DNA of 64,000 nucleotides, from assembly GCA_963695225.1 (NCBI GenBank), contig OY968762.1:448001-512000 (forward strand), in the 5' to 3' direction. Shown here in pieces: positions 9,389-20,832 of this stretch (its first letter is position 1; each line of letters begins with the position of its first letter). Source of the stretch: Vulcanimicrobiota bacterium (lineage in GTDB: Bacteria; Vulcanimicrobiota; Vulcanimicrobiia; Vulcanimicrobiales; Vulcanimicrobiaceae). Position numbers and translations under genes: made by a program. The notes beneath the pieces were generated by a model that was not told where the DNA came from, searched no databases, and saw nothing but the letters and a program-made list of their open reading frames with translations.

Positions 9389-10321
9389 TTAGCCGAAACG
9401 GGGCTCGTAATCGTACGGATAGAGGGAGGCACCGTAGTAGTCGAACGTGTGCGAGTCGTTCGGAGAGCGGCCTTTTTGACGGCGGAAGACTACGCCGCCG
9501 AGCCTAGTTGCCGCCGCGTCGAGCGGCGCCGTCCGGGTTTCGGAGAGCTCGGCGAGGATCGCCGATTGGCCGCGCTGGAGGACGAAACCGGTCTCGGACA
9601 CGACCTGCTCGTGCTCGCCTGACTTGCCCGTCTCCAAAGTCAAGGCTATGCGCCCGCCTTCCGCGGCGCCGATCGCTGCCGTCGCGCCCACTGCGATGGT
9701 GGCTCCGGCGATTGCGCCGAGAGGACCGGTAAGCACGCCGAGAAGCGCTGCGAGCCCCACGCCGACGGCGGTCCGACGCGCTGCGTCGGTGTCCTTCGTC
9801 GCGAATTGAATGTGCCCGAACTCGTCGCGACGGGCGACGGCCGCACCGTGAACGGTGATGTCGCCGCGGCTATCGAGGTTCCAGAGCGCGTGAAGTCCGG
9901 TGAAGGCTGCTTGCTCGTTCTCGAAGACGACGGCAACGTAATTGTCCGTGCCTCGGCCTGCCGGGGCAGACCGCTGCGAGGCTACGGCCTCGCTCAAGCT
10001 CTGAACGGCGCTACGCGCGTTCTCGAGCATCGCCAGGTTGGCTCGTTTGAGCTCCGCTTCGCTCGCAGCGGTCACGTCGCGCACGTGTTTGGCCGCATCT
10101 TCGAGCTGCGCGACGGCATCCTGGACGTGCTGCTTCGCGTCGGCGCGCAGTGCGTCGCCGAGCGTCTGCAGCGACGCCGCGAGCTTCTTCGCTTGAACCG
10201 CGGCATTCACGACATCGGCGCGCAGGGCGGCGTGGTCCCGTGCCGTCGAGGCTTCGACCTTCTTGTGAAGGTCTTGCGCTTCGCTGCGGGCGTGATCCAA
10301 GGCGTCTTCGATTCCACTCAC
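9389..10321 (-). CDS. In-frame fusion of helical protein and DUF1269 domain, copy 2
   Basis: N-half aligns to 8870-9244 and C-half to 8291-8845; junction reads TDNYVA where free copies read MDNYVA; GTG start with GGGAG RBS. Confidence 0.82.
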   Translation of the reverse strand: MSGIEDALDHARSEAQDLHKKVEASTARDHAALRADVVNAAVQAKKLAASLQTLGDALRADAKQHVQDAVAQLEDAAKHVRDVTAASEAELKRANLAMLENARSAVQSLSEAVASQRSAPAGRGTDNYVAVVFENEQAAFTGLHALWNLDSRGDITVHGAAVARRDEFGHIQFATKDTDAARRTAVGVGLAALLGVLTGPLGAIAGATIAVGATAAIGAAEGGRIALTLETGKSGEHEQVVSETGFVLQRGQSAILAELSETRTAPLDAAATRLGGVVFRRQKGRSPNDSHTFDYYGASLYPYDYEPRFG

Positions 10322-10505
10322 GGTTGTGCTCCCTCAGAATCTCCGGAATATGTATCAGTGTCTGTGAGCCGATCCGGGACGGACGTCTCGCGCGCCCGGG
10401 GCTCGAGCGTCGACTGCCTGTCTTGAAGGAGGGGAGTCCGATGAATAGTCGCTGACGGACGGCTATCCATCGAACTCTGCGGCTTTTCAAAACGGGCGTC
10501 CGGCG

Positions 10506-11066
10506 TCAGCTCCAGTACGGAGCGTAGTCGTAGGGGTAGAAATAGTAGCCGTAGCTCGGGCCGAAGAAAGAGTCGTTGGCGACGTCGCCCTTAGGACGCC
10601 GGTAGACTTTTCCGCCCAGCCTCTTCGCCAGCGTGTCGACGGGCGTGGTCCAGCTCTCCGAGATCTCGGCGACGACCGCCGACTGTCCGGGCGCCAGCAT
10701 GAAGCCCGACTCGAAGGCGGCTTCCTCGTGCTCGCCGGCTTTCACGGCATCCGCAGTGAGCCCGATCGTTCCGCCGGCAGCGGCGCCGATCCCGGCTGCA
10801 GTGCCGGCCGTGATGGCGGCGTGGGCTGCGATTCCGGCGGGGCCTGCGAGAGCGCCCAGTAGGGCGCCGACGCCGATTCCGATCGCCGTGCGAAGCCCGG
10901 GGTTGGTTTGCTTCGTGGCGACCTGCACGTACCCGAGCTCGTTACGCCGGATGACCGCGGCGCCGTGCACGGTGATTTCTCCTTGGACGTCCAGGGCCCA
11001 CAGCGCGTGGAGCGCGTCGGCCGCGTTGGTCTCCGAATTGAACGTGATTGCTACGTAGTTGTCCAT
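10506..11066 (-). CDS. DUF1269-family membrane protein, copy 3
   Basis: Nearly identical to 8291-8845; AAGGAG RBS. Confidence 0.85.
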   Translation of the reverse strand: MDNYVAITFNSETNAADALHALWALDVQGEITVHGAAVIRRNELGYVQVATKQTNPGLRTAIGIGVGALLGALAGPAGIAAHAAITAGTAAGIGAAAGGTIGLTADAVKAGEHEEAAFESGFMLAPGQSAVVAEISESWTTPVDTLAKRLGGKVYRRPKGDVANDSFFGPSYGYYFYPYDYAPYWS

Positions 11067-11090
11067 GTCGTTCTCCTTGTCGATCGTGTG

Positions 11091-11456
11091 TTAGTTCTTG
11101 TTTGCGCGCTTGGCGGCGACGGCGTGGCTGAGGCTCTGAACGGCGACGCGCGCGCGCTCGAGGGCCGCTTGGTTCGCTTTGTTCAGGTCGGCTTCGGCGG
11201 CGTTCGCGGCCATTCTCGCGTGCGTCGCCGCGTCTTCGAGACGCGCGGCAGCCTTCTTCAGATGCTCCTTGGCATCGGCGCGCTGCTCTTCGGCGAGCAT
11301 CTGGACGGACGCCGCAAGCTGGTGCGCCTCCGACGACGCGAGCTCGAGCCCGCCGCGGAGAGCGGCCTTATTCTCTGCGTTGGCCGCTTCGAGCTGTTCG
11401 TGCAGCGCCTGAGCATCGCTGCGTGCCTTGACGATGGCGTCTTTGACTGGGATCAT
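11091..11456 (-). CDS. Ala-rich amphipathic helical hypothetical protein, copy 3
   Basis: Paralogue of 8870-9244; AAGGAG RBS. Confidence 0.82.
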   Translation of the reverse strand: MIPVKDAIVKARSDAQALHEQLEAANAENKAALRGGLELASSEAHQLAASVQMLAEEQRADAKEHLKKAAARLEDAATHARMAANAAEADLNKANQAALERARVAVQSLSHAVAAKRANKN

Positions 11457-11488
11457 TGATGTTCTCCTTTGGTAGTGGGGCTCGCACG

Positions 11489-11551
11489 ATCGTATGCGGT
11501 CGGCGAGATGTCGACCAGCTCTCAGTCGCTCCTATGAGTCCCAGTCACAGG
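11489..11551 (-). promoter_or_regulatory. Conserved promoter plus palindromic operator, copy 3
   Basis: 23-bp CTCCTATGAGTCCCAGTCACAGG identical to 9315-9337; same TGGTCG-17-TACGAT. Confidence 0.6.
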
Positions 11552-11668
11552 TTCTCCGCGTTCTTCACGAGTAGCCGGCTCGGGTGAATCGGCTTTCATG
11601 CTGCCGCGCGCGCTGCCGCCGCAACTCACCTGAGGGGCAAGTCCAATTCAACTGTAGAAAAGTTTTGA

Positions 11669-13954
<2,286 letters not shown>

Positions 13955-14042
13955 ACCGGCGGAAAGGCGCTCGGGCGCGGCGGAATCCGCTGCGCCCGAG
14001 CCCGGAGCGAAGAACATCCCTTGCGGGTCGACGGCGCCCCGT

Positions 14043-14201
14043 TTAAACCCTGGCGCCGCGTCCCGTCAGCAGGTTGAACACGAAGAGCACCACCATGACC
14101 ACCAGTAAGAGATGAATCAACGTACCGCCCACGTGGAGCGTGAACCCCGCCAACCACAAGACGAAGAGTATGACGATCGCAGTCCAGAGTATGCCGCCCA
14201 T
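14043..14201 (-). CDS. Small membrane protein, lmo0937/DUF5670 family
   Basis: LWTAIVILFVLWLAGF...GGTLIHLLLV pattern; GGAAGGAG RBS. Confidence 0.85.
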   Translation of the reverse strand: MGGILWTAIVILFVLWLAGFTLHVGGTLIHLLLVVMVVLFVFNLLTGRGARV

Positions 14202-14231
14202 GATTCGCTCCTTCCATCCTCCACTATCCAC

Positions 14232-14257
14232 ATTCCGCAGTTCGGCCTAAGGCAAAC
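14232..14257 (-). promoter_or_regulatory. Candidate SigB/SigF-type promoter
   Basis: GTTT-N16-CGGAAT upstream of the lmo0937-family gene. Confidence 0.4.
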
Positions 14258-14495
14258 CGAAATCATGAACCCAGGCGACGGCACTGCTCGCTGTCCAGAG
14301 GGTCAGGGCCAATACTGCAGTCGCGAGGCCGGCCGCCGTCTGAGGGGCCGTCCTCGCACGTCAGCGCATTCGCTGCGCTCTACGGTCGTCGTAACCGCCG
14401 GCGTTGAAGCGCGAGGGTGACGCTGGTCCGATAGATCCACTTCTCCAACGTAAGAATAGAGCGCCAACTGTGGTAAGGAGGCTCGCTGCAGTGGG

Positions 14496-17033
14496 CTATA
14501 TCGGACGTTGCCGCTTCGGCATGAACTTTCCGAAGAAAAGCAGCTTGCCGAGTTCGATCAGCGCGAGATAGGCGGCGATCATGGCGACGAGAACCCCGAA
14601 GAAAAGCGGCGGTAACGGTGTGAATCCCAGGATCGAGCTGAGCGGCGTGAACGGCAAGACTGCGCCGACCGCAACGATCGCAAGGGTCGTCGCGACGAGC
14701 GCCTTGCTCGGACGGCTTCGAAAGAACGGCACACGCCGGGTGCGGATGAGGAAGACGACGAGCGACTGCGTCGCAAGCGATTCGACGAACCACCCCGTGC
14801 GGAAGAGTGAGGGCCCCGCATGAAAGATCCACAGCATGACGCCGAACGTCATGAAGTCGAAGATCGATGAAATCGGCCCGAAGAACATCATGAAGCGTTT
14901 GATGAAATTCGTGTCCCACTGCGACGGCCGCTGCAGCATCTCCTCATCGACGTTGTCCGTGGGGATCGCCATTTCACTGATATCGTAGAGCAAATTGTTC
15001 AACAGTATCTGCGAAGGCAGCATGGGCAGGAACGAGAGGAACAGCGAGGCGCCGGCGGCGCTGAACATGTTGCCGAAATTTGAGGAAGTCCCCATCAACA
15101 CGTACTTGATCGTGTTGCCGAAGATGCGCCGGCCCTCGACGACGCCGTTGGCGAGGATGCCAAGATCCTTCTCCATCATCACGATGTCGGCCGCGTCTTT
15201 GGCCACGTCGGTTGCCGAGTCCACCGAGATGCCCACATCCGCGCGGTGAAGCGCGACGGCATCGTTGACGCCGTCGCCCAGAAAGCCGACGGTGCGTCCG
15301 GCCTTGCGCTGCGATTCGATGACCCGCGCCTTTTGTTCCGGGGTCACGCGGGCGAAGATCGAGGTCGCGTCGAGAGCGCGAGTCAACTCTTCGTCCTTCA
15401 TGGCCGCGATTTGGGAACCCGTGAGGACGCCCTGCACCTCCATACCGAGGCGCCGGCAGACGGCGCGAGCGGTCCGGTCGTTGTCGCCGGTGACGATCTT
15501 TACTTCGATGCCGAGCGACCGCAGGCGTTCCAAACTTTTCGCAGCATCGGCCTTCGGCTCGTCGGCAAAGTGCAGGAGGCCCTCGAAGGTCAGGCCTGCC
15601 TCGTCCGAGGGATGGATCTCCTTCAAATCCGTCGCGAGGCGGGTAGCGACCGCAACGATGCGGTCGCCGGAGTCGAAATGGGCGGCAAGCTGCTTGTCGG
15701 TGTCGCCGTCGACCGCGCCGCACCGGCGCAGGATCGCCTCCGGGGCGCCCTTGGCGACAAGAAGGCGGCGGCCGTCCGGGGTGTCGACGAGGGTCGACAT
15801 CATTTGCCGCTCGTAATCGAACGGCGCGATGTCGATGCGCCGGATCGCTTTCGCTTCGGCGAGCACCGCCGGCGGTGCGCCCTCTCGCAGCGCGACGTCG
15901 AGCGCGTTGCCGCTCACGACCCGGTCATCGACGATCACCACCGCACTGCACGCGAGCCCAAGCACCGCAACCCGATCCTGGGGTTTGTCGCCGAGATCGA
16001 AGGCGCCCCGGTAGACGATGCGGCCTTCGGTCAGCGTACCCGTCTTGTCCGTGAAGAGGACCTCTACGTTCCCGAGATCCTCGATGCTGACGAGCCGCTT
16101 GACGATCACGCCGTGCCGGGCGAGTATTCGGGCGCCCATCGAGAGGCTCACGGTCACGATGGCCGGCAGAAGCTGCGGGGTCAAACCGATCGCGATCGCG
16201 AGCGCGAACATGAGCGACTCGAGCCAACCGTGATGCAACACGGCGTTCAGGACGAAAATCGAGACCGCAAGCACCACCGTGACTTGAACGAGCAGGCGTG
16301 AGAACGCGCTCAGGCCCTGTTCGAACGCCGTCACCGGCGGACGCGTAGCGAGCTGCTTTGCAACGCCCCCCATCGCCGCACCTCGTCCCGTCGCCACAAC
16401 TACGCCATGGCCGGCCCCATTCTTGACAATCGTGCCCATGAACGCGCATGCCGCAAGCTCGAGCGAATCCGCACCGGCGGTGACCGCTTTCGCGGTTTTC
16501 TCCGAAGGCACGGATTCACCGGTTAACGAGGATTCGTCGCACTCGAGGTCGTGCGCGTCGATCAGACGTACGTCGGCCGGCACGATGTCGCCGACCGCTA
16601 GCTCCACTACGTCACCGGGAACGAGCTCCGCGACGGGGACATCTCGGATCGCGCCGTCACGCATGACGGTCGCGGTGCGCCGCACGCGTGCCCGCAGGTC
16701 CGCTACCGCGCTTTCCGAGCGGTACTCGTTGACAAAGCTCAGCCCCACACTCAGCGCGATGATGCCGAGAATGATGAATGCGTCGGAACGGTCACCCATC
16801 ACGAGCGACAGTATCGCCGTGGACACGAGCAGCAGCAGGAACGGATTCTTGAACTGCCTCACGAGAATATCGAGAATCGTGTTCCGCTTCTGCGAAACGT
16901 CATTCGGCCCGAATTGCTTCAGCCGTTGCGACGCCTCGCTCGACGACAGCCCCGCCGGCGGCGCATCGAGTCTTTTCAGTACGTCGGCACTCTCAAGTCC
17001 GCAAGCCGTTTGGAGGTCGAGTGTTGCGATCAT
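14496..17033 (-). CDS. mgtA: Magnesium-translocating P-type ATPase
   Basis: LTGES, DKTGTLT, GDGVND, AKDAADI, SSNFGNMFS, LLYD, TGWFVESL, LIRTRRVPF. Confidence 0.95.
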   Translation of the reverse strand: MIATLDLQTACGLESADVLKRLDAPPAGLSSSEASQRLKQFGPNDVSQKRNTILDILVRQFKNPFLLLLVSTAILSLVMGDRSDAFIILGIIALSVGLSFVNEYRSESAVADLRARVRRTATVMRDGAIRDVPVAELVPGDVVELAVGDIVPADVRLIDAHDLECDESSLTGESVPSEKTAKAVTAGADSLELAACAFMGTIVKNGAGHGVVVATGRGAAMGGVAKQLATRPPVTAFEQGLSAFSRLLVQVTVVLAVSIFVLNAVLHHGWLESLMFALAIAIGLTPQLLPAIVTVSLSMGARILARHGVIVKRLVSIEDLGNVEVLFTDKTGTLTEGRIVYRGAFDLGDKPQDRVAVLGLACSAVVIVDDRVVSGNALDVALREGAPPAVLAEAKAIRRIDIAPFDYERQMMSTLVDTPDGRRLLVAKGAPEAILRRCGAVDGDTDKQLAAHFDSGDRIVAVATRLATDLKEIHPSDEAGLTFEGLLHFADEPKADAAKSLERLRSLGIEVKIVTGDNDRTARAVCRRLGMEVQGVLTGSQIAAMKDEELTRALDATSIFARVTPEQKARVIESQRKAGRTVGFLGDGVNDAVALHRADVGISVDSATDVAKDAADIVMMEKDLGILANGVVEGRRIFGNTIKYVLMGTSSNFGNMFSAAGASLFLSFLPMLPSQILLNNLLYDISEMAIPTDNVDEEMLQRPSQWDTNFIKRFMMFFGPISSIFDFMTFGVMLWIFHAGPSLFRTGWFVESLATQSLVVFLIRTRRVPFFRSRPSKALVATTLAIVAVGAVLPFTPLSSILGFTPLPPLFFGVLVAMIAAYLALIELGKLLFFGKFMPKRQRPI

Positions 17034-17035
17034 CG

Positions 17036-17235
17036 TCAGTACGCGGCTGGCCGAACGGCCTGGCCCGCGACCGTCTCGCTTCTTGCCGCGAAACTAAAGA
17101 GTTGCGCGTACGATGCCGCGACGCTCGACCACCTCACGCGCCGGCCGTACTCATAGGCGCGTAGCGCCGTCGCTTTCCGCAACGGCGGGAGTCTGAGCAA
17201 GCTCGTACCACAGGCTGCGATGGAATCGGGGTCGC
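17036..17235 (-). pseudogene. C-terminal fragment of a GT4 glycosyltransferase
   Basis: DPDSIAA..LL..PPLR....RAYEYGRRVRWSSVAASYAQLF resembles GT4 C-termini; no N-terminal part; stop abuts the mgtA start. Confidence 0.55.
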
Positions 17236-17592
17236 TGCGAAGGGCGCGGGCGGTAACGTGGTCGGCAAGCTGTTGAACCTCGAAATCGCACAAAGGCCGG
17301 CGGCGGGTCGCCGCGACGGACGGCCGGCGGCGCAGAGTCAGCGTACCTCATTCCCTCGAAGCCCGGTATCGTGGATTACATGGGTGAAATGGGCTCGATC
17401 ACGCCGCCGTAGAACCCGGCTCGTGCCGACGGGGCGCGAGCCGCATCTGTTGCGGCCTCGTTTCGGGGGGCTTTTCCACTTGTCACAGCGCCCCATTGTG
17501 GGCTCTCGCTCGCGTCCCCTTGTAGACCGTTATTGCGCCTGGTTTGGCACCGTTCGTCCCAGCCGTCTCCACCGTCTAGCCGAAGCAGCATC

Positions 17593-17619
17593 AAAAAAGC
17601 CCGTTGTCACGGGCTTTTT
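17593..17619. terminator. Bidirectional intrinsic terminator after tRNA-Ile
   Basis: AAAAAAGCCCG-TTGTCA-CGGGCTTTTT. Confidence 0.85.
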
Positions 17620-17620
17620 C

Positions 17621-17697
17621 TGGTGGGCCATCCTGGTCTCGAACCAGGGACCTCATGCTTATCAAGCATGCGCTCTAACCAACTGAGCTAATGGCCC
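17621..17697 (-). tRNA. tRNA-Ile(GAT)
   Basis: Reverse complement GGGCCATTAGCTCAGTTGGTTAGAGCGCATGCTTGATAAGCATG...GGCCCACCA; CCA encoded. Confidence 0.97.
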
Positions 17698-17781
17698 TGA
17701 GCGGCCTTTCGGGTTTGACGTGGGGCGGCGACCTCCTTCGTCGCGGCGGCGTCCGCGGCCGGGCATTTGAGTTCATACTAA

Positions 17782-17807
17782 GTTTGATCGCTCGCTTTGC
17801 CGGGTAT
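17782..17807 (+). promoter_or_regulatory. SigB/SigF-type promoter
   Basis: GTTT-N16-GGGTAT, 17 nt upstream of the anti-sigma-like gene. Confidence 0.55.
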
Positions 17808-17824
17808 GCCCTCTTCCGAAGACG

Positions 17825-18346
17825 ATGAGGACCTTTAAGGCCCGCTACCGCAGTGAACCGCCGTCAGTCGCCGTCGCTCGCCGAGCGGTGAGCGACTTCG
17901 CACGTGTCTGCGGGTTCGACCGATCGGCCTTGGCCGATATCGAGAGCGCCGTCGGAGAAGCGCTGGCGAACGCCGTCGAACACGGGCACCGCGACGACGG
18001 TTGGTTCCGCGTGTTCTGCGAGTTTGAGGCCGAGACGCTCGTGACGGAGGTGAAAGACCTCGGTTCGGGCTTCGATTTCCATCAACCCATCGCCATGGAC
18101 GCCGCCGAGCTGAGGCCGCGCGGCTTCGGCCGGACGATCATGCGCGCGTGTATGGACGACGTCCATTACGCCGACGGCGGGACGCGCGTGCGGCTCGTCA
18201 AGCGCGCCTGCTCCGCGGAGGGCATCTCTGCGCGCGAGCCCGCAATGGCCTGGAAAGGGCTGCTGCGGCGAGTCTTCCGGAGCTCCGGCGACGGCCTGGA
18301 CATGCGCTCGCGCCGTTTCGCGGGCCGTGCGAAGGCGCGCCTCTAA
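17825..18346 (+). CDS. RsbW-like anti-sigma factor / HATPase_c protein
   Basis: AVGEALANAVEHG, VKDLGSGF, RGFGRTIM, GGTRVRLVK. Confidence 0.88.
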   Translation: MRTFKARYRSEPPSVAVARRAVSDFARVCGFDRSALADIESAVGEALANAVEHGHRDDGWFRVFCEFEAETLVTEVKDLGSGFDFHQPIAMDAAELRPRGFGRTIMRACMDDVHYADGGTRVRLVKRACSAEGISAREPAMAWKGLLRRVFRSSGDGLDMRSRRFAGRAKARL

Positions 18347-18352
18347 GCCGCT

Positions 18353-18718
18353 CTAGATCAGCGCGATCCACTTCTTGACGGCTTCGTCGTCCTTTTTCGT
18401 TTGCTCGAGCGCAAGATCGCGCATGAGGTTGAACTCACGCAGCAACTCCGCGTGCTCCTTTTGTTCGAAGTCGAACTCCTCGCGCATTCGGTCGAGCTCG
18501 ACCTGGCGGGCGTCGTCGCCCGCCTTTTGCTGGAGGAGGCGGAGTTGCGTGCGGCGCGCGATGGCATCCGCGAGACGCTCCAGGCGGCGCGCCGCGGGGC
18601 TCGCGTCGTCCATCCGGTCGTCGATCGGATCCGCGAGGGCGTCGTTCGGCGGCGGCGTCGTGCGTTCCGCGCGCTGCGGGGGCGTTTCGGGCGGCCGGCG
18701 AGGTGCGGTGACGTGCAT
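18353..18718 (-). CDS. Hypothetical helical protein, paralogue of 18721-19101
   Basis: Co-linear operon; shared C-terminus RE.NLMRD.A..Q...D...VK. Confidence 0.72.
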   Translation of the reverse strand: MHVTAPRRPPETPPQRAERTTPPPNDALADPIDDRMDDASPAARRLERLADAIARRTQLRLLQQKAGDDARQVELDRMREEFDFEQKEHAELLREFNLMRDLALEQTKKDDEAVKKWIALI

Positions 18719-18720
18719 GC

Positions 18721-19101
18721 CTAGTCCTTGATCGTTCTGAGGAACTCTTTGACGATCGCGTTATCGGCTTCGCGCTGCTTCATGGCGACGTCGCGCATCA
18801 GGTTCATCTCGCGCATCTGCTCCGAGCGCTCGTCCTGAAACTCGTTGAACATCTGGGACTGCTCCTGCATCTGGAGCTGATGGCGCATGTTCTCCGCGTT
18901 CATCCCGAGTTGGGCCCACTCGTATTGTTGGTCGAGGGCTTGCTGAGCCGCGAGCGTCGGATCTCCGTTTGCACTGATGTTGCCTAGGCCGCTCGGGCCG
19001 CCCCCGAAGAGCGTGCTCCCGACACCGGAGGCGATGATGGCGGGATTCTGCGTCAGGATGCCCGCGCCGACTTGCAGCAGGCCGCCGAGGTTGAGCCCCA
19101 T
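18721..19101 (-). CDS. Hypothetical protein with Gly-rich N-terminus and Gln/Met-rich helical C-terminus
   Basis: Strong AAAAGGAG RBS; paralogous C-terminus with 18353-18718. Confidence 0.78.
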   Translation of the reverse strand: MGLNLGGLLQVGAGILTQNPAIIASGVGSTLFGGGPSGLGNISANGDPTLAAQQALDQQYEWAQLGMNAENMRHQLQMQEQSQMFNEFQDERSEQMREMNLMRDVAMKQREADNAIVKEFLRTIKD

Positions 19102-19170
19102 GGAGTTCTCCTTTTCGTGCGTGGCGGAAGTTGATTGTGGAAGAGCCGTGCGGGCCGATGCGCGCTGCCC

Positions 19171-19845
19171 CTAAGCGGCGTCGGAGACGCCGGCATCGCG
19201 ATCGGCGAAGCCCTGGAGCCCGGCGAGCCCCGCGAGGCGGCGATCGGCGTCGAGCCCGGGGTCGCCGGCCTCGCCGCTCGTAGCGCTCGGAGTTCCCGGC
19301 GGGCGGAAACTCGTCGCGTCGAACGGGCCCTGGGAAGCGGCGGGCGGCGACCAGACCGGGACGGTGCAGCGGGCAGCATAGGCGTCGGCCAGCGCACCCT
19401 GCGCCGCCGGTTGGTTCTCAATCGCCTCGAAGTGTCGCAGCACGGAATCGGCGTAACCGAGCCGGCTTCCGTCGCCCCATGTCGTCACGGTTCCGGGCGC
19501 GGTAGGGGAGCCGCTGTTGTAGGCCGAGAGCGCCTTGTGGACGTCGCCGCCGTAGCGGTCGATCAAGCCGCGCAGCATCCCCGCCGCGTAGTTCGCGTTC
19601 CGGGCGGGATCGGCGGCGGCCGGCGTTCGCGCGAACGCGTGGCAGCGGTCGTCGATTTGAAAGACGCCGTGGCCGTGCCCACCGTCACCCGTGATGTTGC
19701 GTCCCGAATTGGAGCCCGGACCGCCGGTCTCTTGTGCGGCGACGGCGGCCAGCAGGGCCGGGTCGATGCGGTTGGCGCGGGCCGCGCTTGCGATCTCGCT
19801 GCCGAAGCTGATGCCGGATAGGTCGGTCAACGTACGGTCCTCCAC
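19171..19845 (-). CDS. GH23 lytic transglycosylase / goose-lysozyme-like protein
   Basis: DPALLAAVAAQET (catalytic Glu), GDGGHGHGVFQIDDRCH, ALSAYNSG, YADSV. Confidence 0.85.
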   Translation of the reverse strand: MEDRTLTDLSGISFGSEIASAARANRIDPALLAAVAAQETGGPGSNSGRNITGDGGHGHGVFQIDDRCHAFARTPAAADPARNANYAAGMLRGLIDRYGGDVHKALSAYNSGSPTAPGTVTTWGDGSRLGYADSVLRHFEAIENQPAAQGALADAYAARCTVPVWSPPAASQGPFDATSFRPPGTPSATSGEAGDPGLDADRRLAGLAGLQGFADRDAGVSDAA

Positions 19846-20132
19846 TAGGCGGAAGGCGCAAGAGGCGCGCCGGGAGATTCGCCGTTCGAATCGCGACGAT
19901 GGAGCGCGTTAACAACCCCTCGAACGAGGGAAGGAATGAATACCCGGTACCGATTTGCCGCCGGTCGCTCTGCGGCCGGCGTTGCCGCCCGCCTGGCGAC
20001 GAAGGCGCCTGCCGCTTCGATAGCTGCGGCGATCGATCGCGCGCGGCGAGCGGCAACGCCGCCGGCTCTCGGCCCGGATCGCGCGCCGGGTGATCACACG
20101 ATCCCTAACGACTCTTGAACTGGAGTGCAGTT

Positions 20133-20558
20133 ATGGCTGAAGACTTGGTGAACCGCGACAACGGCAACGTGGCCGTCGAAGCCGCTCGACCGAAGGCCGG
20201 CGCGTTGCGCGGCACGATGGCGGACGTGTTTGGCCTCGATCCGTTCGATATCTTCCGCAACTTCTACAGCAACGTGACGCCGGCGCCGACGGGCATCGAA
20301 ATCGCACGCACCGAGAACGGATATTCCGTCGAGATCCCGGTCGCAGGCTTCGCGCCGGATCAGATCGAGGTGATGTACGAGGACGGAGCGATCGTGGTCT
20401 CGGGCAAGACCGAACGCCGCTCGTTCACGCGATCGCTGATGCTCTCCGACGACATCGACCCCGACAACATCATCGCGCGGGTCGACCATGGGCTCTTGAC
20501 CCTCACGCTCAACCGGCAGCCGCAGGCGAAGCCGAAGAAGATCGAGATCCAGCACTAA
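20133..20558 (+). CDS. Hsp20/alpha-crystallin small heat-shock protein
   Basis: VEIPVAGF, SFTRSLML, A.VDHGLLTLTL, C-terminal KKIEI. Confidence 0.9.
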   Translation: MAEDLVNRDNGNVAVEAARPKAGALRGTMADVFGLDPFDIFRNFYSNVTPAPTGIEIARTENGYSVEIPVAGFAPDQIEVMYEDGAIVVSGKTERRSFTRSLMLSDDIDPDNIIARVDHGLLTLTLNRQPQAKPKKIEIQH

Positions 20559-20579
20559 GGCCCGCCGGGCCGGAACAGT

Positions 20580-20615
20580 TCGGAAGGCCGCCCCGAACGG
20601 CGGCCGGCCTTCCGA
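20580..20615 (+). terminator. Hairpin after hsp20
   Basis: TCGGAAGGCCG / CGGCCTTCCGA stem. Confidence 0.45.
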
Positions 20616-20753
20616 GACGTTCCGGCCGCTAGCGCACCGGCGGTGCCGCGCAGGCGCCGCCGAAGGCCGCCGTCCCTCTGCCCAGCCCGTCCTTCGACGA
20701 GTTCGGGAGGACCCTCGTGGCGGCGCCGCCGCGCCGGAGCGCGAGGGAGCGCG

Positions 20754-20782
20754 TTGACAAGGGGGGGCGGGGCCTCTATGAT
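20754..20782 (+). promoter_or_regulatory. Sigma70 promoter of the yceD-rpmF-fab operon
   Basis: TTGACA-17-TATGAT. Confidence 0.85.
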
Positions 20783-20832
20783 GAGGCGGTTCTTCGGACG
20801 AGGCTCCCGGGCGGGGGTCTCGACTTTTGTGT

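Noticed and set aside
10435..10478. Imperfect hairpin between DUF1269 copy 3 and the fusion gene
   Set aside because: Several mismatches and not conserved in the other copies; at most a weak terminator.
17240..17590. M-box riboswitch or integrase/att site upstream of mgtA
   Set aside because: No M-box consensus, no integrase motif and no duplicate of the tRNA-Ile 3' end found.
19936..20118. 60-aa ORF upstream of hsp20; HrcA/HspR operators
   Set aside because: Low-complexity product without support; no CIRCE or HAIR match.
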